Assembly (NCBI GenBank): GCA_963726195.1
Contig: CAVSBO010000008.1
Location: 132,879 to 196,878 of the forward strand
Length of the DNA stretch: 64,000 nt
Direction: 5' to 3'
Origin: Candidatus Thorarchaeota archaeon
GTDB lineage: Archaea > Asgardarchaeota > Thorarchaeia > Thorarchaeales > Thorarchaeaceae
The notes below the pieces were generated by a model. It was not told the DNA's origin and did no database searches. It saw only the letters and a list, made by a program, of their open reading frames with translations. Position numbers and translations under genes: made by a program. Positions 31,001 through 40,824 of this stretch are shown piece after piece (position 1 is the first letter of the stretch; each line of letters starts with the position of its first letter).

Positions 31001-32057
31001 TGATGAATCGCTCGGATTCAGCAGCAAAGACCCATCGAAGCTCACTAGCTGGCAGATACTTTGCCCTACAAGAATCCACTATTTCGGATCTGGTGAAATG
31101 AATCGGCTAGTGCAACTCAGATTCAGAGCCCCTCTCATGAAGTCGTGTGAAATGAACCGTGCAAGACCCTTTGGGAGCCAGCGCATAGTATTGCACGACA
31201 AGGTAATCCAGAAAGTGAATAGAAGAAGGCTAGCTTACGGCGGCTTAGGCTCGAAGAACTACTATTATGTTGCAAACGGAGAAATCGGAGGAGTGGAGTC
31301 AACGTCCGGAGGCCCAACATCGGGCGGCGACAAGAACGAAGACAGTCTCAAGGTTCGATTCTCCTCGCAGGCAGACAAGGCATTCTACTATCCACGTTAT
31401 CAAGTTGACATGAATCTTGAACTTGCTTACGCAATGACAGTGCACAAGGCGCAGGGAAGCGATTTCGAGAGGGTGTTTCTCATTATACCCAGAAAGGCGA
31501 GGACATTGTCCAGAGAAGTCATCTATACGGGCCTCACAAGATTCAGGCAGAAGCTCGTCCTCCTTGTAGAGAAAGACATCGAGTCTCTTCTGACATACAG
31601 AAGCCCTGATTCATCAGCAACGGCTAAGCGGCAGACGAATCTGTTCCGAGTCTCGCATACCGCAGTCCCATCCACAGGCTTCAAACCGGAAGAGCTAACC
31701 CATAGAACACGTACTGGCATCCTTGTCCGGTCCAAGTCGGAAGTCATTATTGCGGATGCGCTGTCCTCTCTTGGCCTGTCGTACAAGTACGAGGAACCTT
31801 TGAGAAATCCAAAAGACCCGAACGATTTCGTCCTGCCTGACTTTACGGTCTACCATGAGGGCGAGGTTTTCTACTGGGAGCACCTAGGAATGCTCTCAGC
31901 TGAAGATCAGAGGCGGCGTTGGGAGGCAAAAGAGAAGTGGTACTTGAGGAATCACTTTGCAGAGCGCTTGATTGCGACCCGAGATGGACCCGAGCACGGT
32001 ATAGACTCGCCACAGATTGAGACCATCGCCCGAAGCAAGATCCTTGGTATTCACTGA
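28093..32057 (+). CDS. Large RecD-like SF1B helicase with C-terminal PD-(D/E)xK-like nuclease, interrupted by two inserts, one frameshift and one TAA
   Basis: N-terminal HLTVRLVWHDRAWDGHIC; Walker A GAAGTGKT; VDEASM; GDPNQLPPIG; AMTVHKAQGS; YTGLTR; C-terminal RSKSEVIIAD...PDFT...YWEHLGM. Confidence 0.85.
29376..29563. mobile_element. Fold-back (palindromic) insert 1, 188 bp, inside the helicase gene
   Basis: Removal gives D-I-L-A-N-P-Y-L-L-C-E; 29389-29405 is complementary to 29523-29539 with one wobble. Confidence 0.65.
29644..29828. mobile_element. Fold-back (palindromic) insert 2, 185 bp, inside the helicase gene
   Basis: 29642-29723 equals 29373-29454 with one mismatch; removal gives E-T-V-D-R-A-L-Y-P-E-D in frame with ORF 29862; 29714-29723 pairs with 29743-29752. 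Confidence 0.65.
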
Positions 32058-32174
32058 AAGCAAGATGAGTCATGTAGGCGAAGTAGGTTGAACGAGGCTC
32101 AGAATCCCACTATATAATTGCCACCAAGTCCCTGGAACTGGAACAGGCATTGTCAACCAACACCTAACCCGCCT

Positions 32175-33956
32175 TCATATGAGTTTCTTCAACTGCTCAA
32201 TAAAGCGCTCAGCCTCTCTTATCCCAAGGGTCCAGAAGTCGGGCTTCGTGATGTCATGCCCGAGCTCAGCGATTTGGTCCTTTGGGCTCATGCTGCCTCC
32301 CCTACTTAGAAGTAGCTTGAATCGCTGATTGAACTTCGACCCTCTCTTTTTGAAGTCACCATATAGAGCAAACACGAGCAACTGTGCGAAGCTGTAGCTA
32401 TAGTTATAGAAGCGGAAGTTCGGGTAGTAGAACGAGTCCCGGTCAGCCCATTCATACTCGGTGTTCTCTGTCCACTCGACACGGTCGCCGTAGATTCTCC
32501 GTCTTGCGGTCTTCCAGAGCTGACACGCCTTGTCTGCATCAAGCATTTCACTAGCCTCTATTGTCTCATAGAGACTCGACTCAAAGAATGCGCAGGCCGC
32601 ATTGTAGTACACCATCGTATAGAAGCGATCTAGTACTCTGGCGAGTATCTCGAGTGTCAGGGCCTGCGTGTCGCACTCTCTGAGCAGTTGTTCCGTCAGT
32701 AGGAGTTCCCCAAACAGAGAGGCAGTCTCAGCCATGCATATAGACACATCACAGTTCAGGATGCTCTGGTGCTCGTGCATGAAATGATTGTGAACAGCGT
32801 GCCCTAGTTCGTGTGCCAGGGTGTAGGCGTCGTTCAACATACCGTTGTAGGTCAGGAATACGAAGGATGTTCTTCCATGAAACCAACTCTCACTGAATCC
32901 CTTACTCATCATTCTACCCTTTCTGTCAAGAGAGTCAATACGGCGTTGGTCAAATAGTCCATCGATGTAGGCGCCCACCTCGTTGTCGAATGCATGATAT
33001 GCACTAATTGTCGACCCTCTTACACTCGACCAGTCCGCTGTCCATGTCCTCTCAGATGACCACGGTGCCCTGATATCATAATCGAGCAGGCGTTCGACTC
33101 CGAAGAACCTAGCCTTCAGCCGCAAGTACCTCTGGTAACTGTCTGAGGCTCTCTCTATGGACGATAGCATGGTGCCGATGACTGTCTCCTCGACATCTTG
33201 GTCCACTAGGCTCTGAGTCATGGGCGAGGGCCATCTTCTGAGCTTTGACATCTGGACATGATCTGCACAGACCGCCTGCAATGCCGTTCCGTGCAACAGC
33301 CTGTCTTTGGCAAGACAGCCGAAATAGGCCTTGGATGCAGATTCTCTTGTCTCTCTGTTCTCATCCATTCGCAGGCTGAAGAGTTCATTCATAGTGACGG
33401 CTTTCTCTTCCTTCGCAGTCTTCAGTTCCAGAACCTGCGTTCCCATCCAGCTCTCCCGCAGTTGAGAGATTGTGAATATTCCGTTGTTGTCCTTGGTCAT
33501 TATGACATTCTCTTCTGCCTGTGATAATCGATACGATGCCTTCATGCTCGCCTTTTGCAGATAATGTCTGTACGCTCCAAGTTCTGGTGCATCGAGCAGT
33601 TCTGATCTACTTCGGACAAGGTCTCCCAAGTCATACTCTATGGTTCGGAGGGTACCAGCAAACTCGTTGGTGGCCTTTTGTCTCAGAGCCCCGAGTGCTC
33701 GGCCGTTGGTTGATACAACATCTAATGCATACTGGCAGTCCGAATACACTGCTTCAGTTTCTACTCTCTCATTGAGAGATTCTATCCTCCGGATGTAGTC
33801 TGCCAAGTCCTTTGCTGAGACTTCGCTAAGGTTCCCTTTGAGTTCATTTCCCAATCCATGCAACTCAGAAATAATCGAGTCTATCTCGCGTCCAATTCCA
33901 GCTACGGATGTATCTGCCACAATCGACGACAGGTCCCACGTCCTCTCCTCGCTCAT
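32175..33956 (-). CDS. M3B oligoendopeptidase F-like peptidase
   Basis: TWDLSSI N-terminus, TLAHELGHAVH, AETASLFGE, FYNYSYSFA, GGSMSP. Confidence 0.92.
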   Translation of the reverse strand: MSEERTWDLSSIVADTSVAGIGREIDSIISELHGLGNELKGNLSEVSAKDLADYIRRIESLNERVETEAVYSDCQYALDVVSTNGRALGALRQKATNEFAGTLRTIEYDLGDLVRSRSELLDAPELGAYRHYLQKASMKASYRLSQAEENVIMTKDNNGIFTISQLRESWMGTQVLELKTAKEEKAVTMNELFSLRMDENRETRESASKAYFGCLAKDRLLHGTALQAVCADHVQMSKLRRWPSPMTQSLVDQDVEETVIGTMLSSIERASDSYQRYLRLKARFFGVERLLDYDIRAPWSSERTWTADWSSVRGSTISAYHAFDNEVGAYIDGLFDQRRIDSLDRKGRMMSKGFSESWFHGRTSFVFLTYNGMLNDAYTLAHELGHAVHNHFMHEHQSILNCDVSICMAETASLFGELLLTEQLLRECDTQALTLEILARVLDRFYTMVYYNAACAFFESSLYETIEASEMLDADKACQLWKTARRRIYGDRVEWTENTEYEWADRDSFYYPNFRFYNYSYSFAQLLVFALYGDFKKRGSKFNQRFKLLLSRGGSMSPKDQIAELGHDITKPDFWTLGIREAERFIEQLKKLI

Positions 33957-34305
33957 ATCGAATACCGACTTCTGTGATGAAGGCAGTTGAAGAAAAGTGA
34001 TGTGGTCTTCTCCCTTCCATCGGGCAGATACTCGGCCCTGAGAACCTCTCTGCGCATGGTAGTCCTTATGGTATGGACCGACCGAGAGGGCATAGAGCAC
34101 GTATTCAACAGCTCCTTGATTCGTTGTCTGTCACTTGCATGAAGTGGAAGGGAAGTTGACTCTGGCAGGCAACTTGGCTTGGAAAGTCGGGAGTGTCTTC
34201 GGCGTTTGGCAGTTCCGGTGGCTCTTGTGGGGGTATTTGCGCATATCCGCTTAACTGTGGGTCCGTAGGACCCGGGCGTCACGCTCTGGGCTTTCAGGCT
34301 CTTTT

Positions 34306-34662
34306 CTAGAGTGTTCCCCTGATTCTCTCAAGATTCTCCTTGGCCGCTTGCTCGGTTGATAGGAACCTTTCGAGCTCGGCACAGGGATAGTCCTCGCAGT
34401 GAGCACAGGTTTCCACGCCTCGAGCCTCTGCACACGGCCGTATCTTGCAGAACCTCTGGCACCAAGCCGAGAGTGTTGAGGATTTGCACCCTCTGCACTC
34501 GACATCTGCCGGGCCAATGTTGGCTTTCAGCTCCTTGGTCCAACGCTCAGCAATCGTTCTCTTGAGTGCCAAGTTTCGGGACTTAGTCGCTTCGAAAGCA
34601 TCACACTTCGTACAGTCGAGTCCACAGTAGGCGATCAAGTTCGTCATAGCTGTCACCATCAC
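34306..34662 (-). CDS. DUF3795 Cys-rich protein
   Basis: IAYCGLDCTKC, CRGC, CKIRPC, CAHCEDYPC. Confidence 0.88.
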   Translation of the reverse strand: MMVTAMTNLIAYCGLDCTKCDAFEATKSRNLALKRTIAERWTKELKANIGPADVECRGCKSSTLSAWCQRFCKIRPCAEARGVETCAHCEDYPCAELERFLSTEQAAKENLERIRGTL

Positions 34663-34933
34663 CTCGTCTGCCTCTAGCGAATGAACGACATCCGATGCGC
34701 CGCTGCCAAGGCAGCGGTCCGATTCTGTTCAAGCCGACACATGGCCTCTGCCTCAGCGAGGTGCTCAGACTGTGTCGAGGTGCTCTGGACGCTCCTCCTT
34801 CTCAGTTTGAGGACTGAAGTTCGCTTAGGCTCCTGAGCCGCTGGCTCTGTCGGCAGCCTGAATGTGTGTTGTGTCTGAATGTTCTCCATTTTATTCACAC
34901 TGGAGGAGCCGTCGAGAGATGGCATAGGCTTTG

Positions 34934-34976
34934 TACCGACACATGCCTACCGACATATGTCGGGAGAGGCTATATA
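34934..34976. promoter_or_regulatory. Operator-like repeats and TATA box upstream of the Bat-type regulator
   Basis: TACCGACACATG then perfect palindrome CCGACATATGTCGG (34950-34963); TATATA at 34971, about 25 nt before the ATG. Confidence 0.6.
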
Positions 34977-35000
34977 GGTGCAGCGACACGTGGCTAGCTC

Positions 35001-35726
35001 ATGCCGCTGTTCGAGATAGTGTTCCGGGCCAAGTATGACAATCCTTTCGGCAACGTAACGGGCAAGTATCCGTCGATGAGGCTCTATGAGTGGTGCAACG
35101 GCCAGTACGACATTATCGAACTGGTCCTCCAGAAGCAGGACGACTATGCCCTGATAAGAGAGGACCTTGCCAAGGTTGTGGAGGTAGTTGAAGAGATACA
35201 CAGTGGTGGCAACAACCATGTTATCACGAGGATGTGTGCCTGCGGTGGTCCTGGCACGGTTAGCAAGTACCTCGAGGACCCGAGCATCCTCAGTATTCCA
35301 CCGGTTGCCTATGAGGACGGCTGGGAGTACTTCAGACTGATTGCGTTCCGTCATGAGAACGTCAAGCGGCTCCTCACCCGCTTGCATCAAGACGGCTTCA
35401 ATGTCGAGATCCTCAGGAAGACACCCTTCGACGGCTACATCGCCAGCTCACTGACGCTCACGACTGACGCACTCTTCTCAGGGATAACGGAGAAACAGAT
35501 GGACGCCCTACTGACCGCCTATGCGCAGGGCTACTTTCGCTACCCGAGAGGGGCCGACCTGCAGACCATCGCCTCTAGGTCGAAGATGGGGAGAACCACC
35601 TTTTTGGAGCACCTAAAGAAGGCCGAGAACAAGCTGATCACGGCTCTCATACCGCACATTCAGCTTTTCAGACAGCTTCCTCAAGAGCGCAGGAAAACGA
35701 TGGGCTTCGCCCGGGATGCAGGATAG
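35001..35726 (+). CDS. Bat-type (HTH_10) archaeal transcription regulator
   Basis: ITEKQMDALLTAYAQGYFRYPR...TFLEHLKKAENKLI. Confidence 0.9.
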   Translation: MPLFEIVFRAKYDNPFGNVTGKYPSMRLYEWCNGQYDIIELVLQKQDDYALIREDLAKVVEVVEEIHSGGNNHVITRMCACGGPGTVSKYLEDPSILSIPPVAYEDGWEYFRLIAFRHENVKRLLTRLHQDGFNVEILRKTPFDGYIASSLTLTTDALFSGITEKQMDALLTAYAQGYFRYPRGADLQTIASRSKMGRTTFLEHLKKAENKLITALIPHIQLFRQLPQERRKTMGFARDAG

Positions 35727-35819
35727 GCGGCAGATGCGGAGAACTTGACCAGACTTGGACATTGGTGAGTAGGAGTTCATTGGCCCGAGTGACGGAAAGA
35801 AGAGATGTCTTTCAGAATC

Positions 35820-37564
35820 TCACTGCAGCCTCCTGTAGTGAATGTAGGCAGCTGCAGAAACCGTCAAGGCAGTGATTGTCAGAACAACCAACGCTATGGC
35901 TTCGAGCTGTTGCCCGACTTGTTCGGAGGACGTCGAGGAGGATAGTTTCGAGGGATATCGGTCGTGACTGCCAGCGGTTCCTGAGACTTCGTACCAACCA
36001 TACCCGGAATAGTCACTCCAGTCTGTTTCCCCGCGATATGCCATCATCCCATGTATTCGAAGAGCCACGGTCTTCGCCGTTCAATGCGTTCCATCCGACG
36101 GAGTTGTAGTACACATCATTGTACTGTGAATCTGCAGTCAGCCTGATACCCACCTGTGAGGAATTGAACACCCCGTTGCCGACAATCTGGCAGTGCTTCG
36201 AGAACCAGAGGTCTATCCCTTGCTGGCAACCCGCGATCAAGTTGTTCTCTATCGAACAGAACAGGCCGTGTTCTAGATAGATGCCGCAGTGGGCATTTCT
36301 TATGCTGTTGTTGCAGAAGCATGAGGAGTTCACATACCAGGCAAACACAGAACGCCAGTTCCCAAAGAGAACATTGGATGCAACTCTCACGTCCTTCACA
36401 TGATAGGGATAGATACCTGCAAAGTTGCCTGTTATGGTGCAGTTCAGGACACTGCATCCCTCGCAGAACAGCAGGCTCACTCCTCGGACTGTGTCATTTG
36501 ATATTGCACTGTCGGCCAGAGTGACATTGACGCAATGTCCAAGCTGCACTGCAGCAGAAGAATTAGAGACGATCGCATGGTGAACCGTCACATTCCTGCA
36601 TCCTGCCAGAATCACCTGTCCGTTCGACGCAGCGTCGATAACCGTGTTGGAGTAGTTCCAGAAATAACCGAGGGGCTTGCCATTCACCATATTACCTGTC
36701 ACTGAATGATTCCAGTGCTCGAGGAGGCTCGGCGGGCCCAGTGGAGTAGGCAACTCGATGCTGAGGCCGCTGCCAAAGAACGTGTTGTGATGAACCTCGC
36801 AGCCTCTGCATTCTGAGAGAGCGACGCCTCCCAATTCACCGAGACCGCTGCCCAAACCAATCATCGTCTGATTGGCAATCGTGCTTGAGTCCGCACGCGT
36901 GAGCATTGCGCCATACCTGTTCGAGTACAGGTCATTCCTATCGAGCACGCACCCAGTCGAGTCTGTCACTTCAATCCCGATCCATGAGAGGGAGACGCCA
37001 TTGTCAACGAGTGAACATGAGCTAGACCATGCAAGACTCACACCATAGTAGTTGTTGTAGAATGTGTTACCGCGAAGGGTGCAGTTCTCGGAATATGACG
37101 CCCGGGCGCCGTATCCGTACGTACTGAACATCACGTCCCCAACAGCGTACCAATATGAATATCCGGAATCCATGAAGCAATCAGCGACCACGCCGCCTCT
37201 AACTCCTTCGAACTCAATGCAACACATGGCGCCTCCCTTGAGTGAGCTGAAGGAAGCAGCCGCTTATCACAAAGCAAGTTGCGACGTTGTGCACAGAAAT
37301 GCATACCTGACTACATGTTATGTTGAGATTCTCAATCCTGAAGGGATTGCCGGGCGTGCCGCTTCCAGGCCACCCCTGGGACGTGAAGTCTGCTTCGTTG
37401 TCAATAGAAATCGGACCGTGCGGCAACAGTCCAGACATGTGAACCGAACTTGCTACGACCAGTGGCGCAGACGAGCATGATACGGTCGAAAGGGCGAACA
37501 ACACGACAGCCACGACTGACATCGTCTGAAGTTTCCAGCTCCTGCCTGAAACAAGCGTCAGCAT
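35820..37564 (-). CDS. NosD-like beta-helix surface protein (two frameshifts)
   Basis: HGPISIDNEADFTSQGWPGSG, NMVNGKPLGYF, WDDG..GN(Y)WSDYSG, DRYP, TM anchor across three ORFs. Confidence 0.82.
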
Positions 37565-37694
37565 CTCGGCTCACATCTTCACGTGGATCTTGTGAAGCAG
37601 TCTGGACAGAACCCATCTTCAGATTTTCTGCTTACTCGCACTCTCTTGGCATTTTTCACACTTGTAGTGGAGACTCATAAGTTCCTTGTTCTAC

Positions 37695-37961
37695 CTATAC
37701 TGATTCATCGTCGAATTCCGAGAATAGCGATTGTCTTGTTCGAGTCTTCTCGGAAGACCTAGTTTCCGCAATTCTGTCTTGAGAAGGTCCGGCTGTTTCG
37801 ATTTGTGACGAGTCTCCGTTTGTGTGAGGCATTCCCACAGTCGTCTTTTCGGCTGGATACTCGCTGAGGGGGATCTGTTCGTTGTCAGGCGGTTTTTCGG
37901 GCTTCTTCTTTCTGCCAAATCGCGCCCCTCGCTCTTTGCGCCACTTATCCAACAGGGTCAT
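37695..37961 (-). CDS. Small disordered hypothetical protein
   Basis: 88-aa low-complexity ORF with an ATG start. Confidence 0.4.
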   Translation of the reverse strand: MTLLDKWRKERGARFGRKKKPEKPPDNEQIPLSEYPAEKTTVGMPHTNGDSSQIETAGPSQDRIAETRSSEKTRTRQSLFSEFDDESV

Positions 37962-38106
37962 GTTTCCGTCGAAGACTCCTCAGGCCGCTTAATGCTCTTT
38001 TTGTGTATACGCACCATTTATCGTTTTGGAGAACGAGTATTCTCCTCGAAAAGAAACCGACTTCCATGTGTTTCCATTTTTGGTCCGAGCGGAGAGGATC
38101 TTTTTT

Positions 38107-38393
38107 ACAGAACGCGGTCGGGCATCCTTGTTCGGTCGAAGTCGGAAGTCATTATTGCAGATACCTTGTCCTCTCTTGGGCGGCTGTGCAACTACGAGTA
38201 ACCTTTGCGAAACCCAAGAGAGCCTAACGATTTCGTCATGCCTGACTTCACGGTCTATCATGAAGGGGGCATCTTCTACTGGGAGCATTTGGGATTGCTT
38301 TCAGATGAACACTATAGGCGGCGTTGGGAGGCCAAGGAGAAGTGGTACGTGAGATATCACTTTGCAGAGCGCTTGATTGCGAAATGTTCTTGA
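38107..38393 (+). pseudogene. Degenerate copy of the helicase C-terminal nuclease domain
   Basis: RTRSGILVRSKSEVIIADTL...YE*PLRNP...PDFTVYHEG..YWEHLG; homologous to about 31703-31977; in-frame TAA at 38199. Confidence 0.85.
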
Positions 38394-39062
38394 GTGGCAT
38401 TGCAGGCAGCGGGCTCAGTGGTTCGCGTGACTGGGGAGCAGCGCATGAATCGCATAGGATTAGGACTCTATGGTAGCATCATTGGTGTTCTTGCCGGAGT
38501 CATGAGCACATATATCGTCTTCAATCCGGAGCCGGCCACGATAACCGAGTCCATCATCGAAGTGTTCTTGTGGGCCGCATGGCTTGTGACGCAGGGAGTC
38601 GGGTTCCTTGTAATCTACGGACGGTACAACGATAATGTGTCACGCGCCACATTCGTGTTTGGTCTCGTCTCAGCGGCCATCGAGCTAATGGTTCTATTCA
38701 CGCTTCTGACGGCGCCCGGCATAACTTACTACGCAGAGATGCTGGCGACACACGTTGGGCTTCTGGTCATGATACTTATCGCATCTTTCACCGAGGCACC
38801 ATACCTTATCCTAGGAGGAGTTAGTGTACTGCATGTCGCGCAGAGAACAAACCAGACCACACTCTTTGCTTTGGCAGGCTTGGCGTTCATAGTTATGGGT
38901 GAACTTCTTGGTCTAATGGCATTTCTCCTGCTGCTTGAGCCCAGCTACTCTCCTGTGATTGTAGTCAACATCCTTGCCTGTCTTGTGTTCTATCATCTCA
39001 CGGGTGAGGAGGTCGGCAAGAGAACGGTTGCTGCAAGCGGCAGTGATGTTGCAGTGCAGTAA
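38394..39062 (+). CDS. Multi-TM hypothetical membrane protein
   Basis: About 6 hydrophobic helices; likely start MNRIGLG. Confidence 0.7.
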   Translation: MALQAAGSVVRVTGEQRMNRIGLGLYGSIIGVLAGVMSTYIVFNPEPATITESIIEVFLWAAWLVTQGVGFLVIYGRYNDNVSRATFVFGLVSAAIELMVLFTLLTAPGITYYAEMLATHVGLLVMILIASFTEAPYLILGGVSVLHVAQRTNQTTLFALAGLAFIVMGELLGLMAFLLLLEPSYSPVIVVNILACLVFYHLTGEEVGKRTVAASGSDVAVQ

Positions 39063-39285
39063 CGCCGTTCTCCGATATGCATCCTGTGACTCCAAATCGA
39101 GAACCCCGGTCGAGCATCTTTGGACGCGGCAGTGCAAGGTGGCTTCTACAGCTGCTTCTCTGTCTCGTATCCCCCAGAAAGGCCAAGAACCGAGTCCGCG
39201 ATTGTCTGGACGACCGTCTGATCGTGTCAGTCTCTGCTGCTGTGTACATCATCCTTAAGGCCGACTAGAGAACAAGTGACTCAAT

Positions 39286-39684
39286 ATGAGTCTTCGAGCA
39301 ATTCTTGAAGAAACGGAGAGACATGCAAAGAGAGTAATGGAGACTGGTCTCTCAAGAATCGATGGCGATCTTGTTTTTCCAGAAGGTCCCGGAGTCTATC
39401 TGATATACAAGAATGGAGAGGTAGTTTACGTTGGTCAGAGTACTGGTCTTAAGGATAGATTCAAGGAACACTTGTCAGCAAGCCGAAGCATCAGAGGAAG
39501 CGCTTTCAGAAGAGACTTGGTTAGAGAGCATTATGTTATGGAACCCGAAGAGACCAAGAAGTGGATTATGGAGAATTGCAGCATCTCTTTCTTAGAAATC
39601 AAGGATCCAGATATGTGCAAGTTGGTTGAGAGTCTTCTGACAGCTCACTTTAGAAAGCAGAACAAGCCTTTACTCAATAGTTGA
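39286..39684 (+). CDS. Standalone GIY-YIG nuclease
   Basis: PGVYLIY...VYVGQS..LKDRFKEH...VESLL...KPLLN; lower GC. Confidence 0.85.
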   Translation: MSLRAILEETERHAKRVMETGLSRIDGDLVFPEGPGVYLIYKNGEVVYVGQSTGLKDRFKEHLSASRSIRGSAFRRDLVREHYVMEPEETKKWIMENCSISFLEIKDPDMCKLVESLLTAHFRKQNKPLLNS

Positions 39685-39747
39685 TTCTTATCCGTCTTCC
39701 TGCTATTGGTGGCAAAGGACAAATGGAATCGGACCTGTGCTTCCTCC

Positions 39748-40560
39748 TTACCTTGCCTCTGTGTCTTTGGATGGAGTTCTCAACCAAGATACTATTCTGT
39801 CTGCCAATTGGTTCCTGATGTCTGTAAATGAGTGGTCTGCATCAAAGATTTCCATTTGCACTTGCTTGGCTCCATGCTTCTGCAGAGCTTTGTAGAGAGG
39901 GAATACGTGATGTTCTATGGCGTTCTCTTGGTCACGCAATCCACCGATTATTAGAATATCGTTGTTAGATAGCGCTTCAGCATGCTTGACCAAATCGTAC
40001 TTGTCCATGTCTGCAAATACCTCGGCAAACAACTCTTCAGCTCGCAGGCTGCTGAAATCTGAATCGGATATGCCTTGGTCTACAGATTTCAGAATCGCTT
40101 GTCTGAATTCATCACTCCGCCGCATCATTCTTCCCACTTCGCTAAGGTCACCTCCGGCAATGTAGACCACTCTTCTTACTGCGGTGTCATTCAGTGAACC
40201 CAACAAAGCCATGCCGCCCCCAAGACTGTATCCTATGATCGTAATGCTTGAAGGGTCAACACTGAACTCTCGAACAGTGAGGCTCGATTTCACATAGCGT
40301 ATAGCTGAGGCTACGTCCTCCAGCGAGTTCGCAATCGTAAGCAGTCCTTCGCTTCCCCATGTGCCGCGATAATTGAAGGTAAGGGCACTGAATCCTTCTT
40401 TCATCAATCTCTCGCCAAGCCCGAGTACGTCTGTGTCGTTTCCAGGAAACCCCTGACAAAGGATAACCGTTGGCAATGGGCCGGCTCCAGAGGCTTTGTA
40501 GAAGACCCCATGGACACTCGCACCTTTGCTCTCGAATCGAACTCGGGCTGGCTTCCTCAT
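39748..40560 (-). CDS. Alpha/beta hydrolase, paralog 1
   Basis: QGFPG, NYRGTWGSEG, GYSLGG, ADHSF. Confidence 0.9.
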   Translation of the reverse strand: MRKPARVRFESKGASVHGVFYKASGAGPLPTVILCQGFPGNDTDVLGLGERLMKEGFSALTFNYRGTWGSEGLLTIANSLEDVASAIRYVKSSLTVREFSVDPSSITIIGYSLGGGMALLGSLNDTAVRRVVYIAGGDLSEVGRMMRRSDEFRQAILKSVDQGISDSDFSSLRAEELFAEVFADMDKYDLVKHAEALSNNDILIIGGLRDQENAIEHHVFPLYKALQKHGAKQVQMEIFDADHSFTDIRNQLADRIVSWLRTPSKDTEAR

Positions 40561-40686
40561 CTCACATCAAAGGACTGTCTGCCTACAAACCGGTCTTAAA
40601 GACTTGCAGGAGTACTTGCTTGAGGCATGGAGTCCTGCAAGGCGAACCTGCTGCACGACTGCATCTTCCCTGGAGTTGTATTCACA

Positions 40687-40752
40687 CGGAGAAGGAAGAC
40701 AGATGACGAGCTTCTCCCAACTAGTCAAGACTATATCTACTTCTCTTGTCCG
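40687..40752 (-). repeat. ~70-bp dispersed hairpin repeat, copy B
   Basis: CGGAGAAGGAAGACAGATGACGAGC...GACTATATCTACTTCTCTTGTCCG. Confidence 0.7.
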
Positions 40753-40824
40753 CACGTCAAGAACCCATGCCCGCTCTAAGGGACGACATCGAGAAGGGAT
40801 GGGGCGTACCTCGGCGACTAGTAG

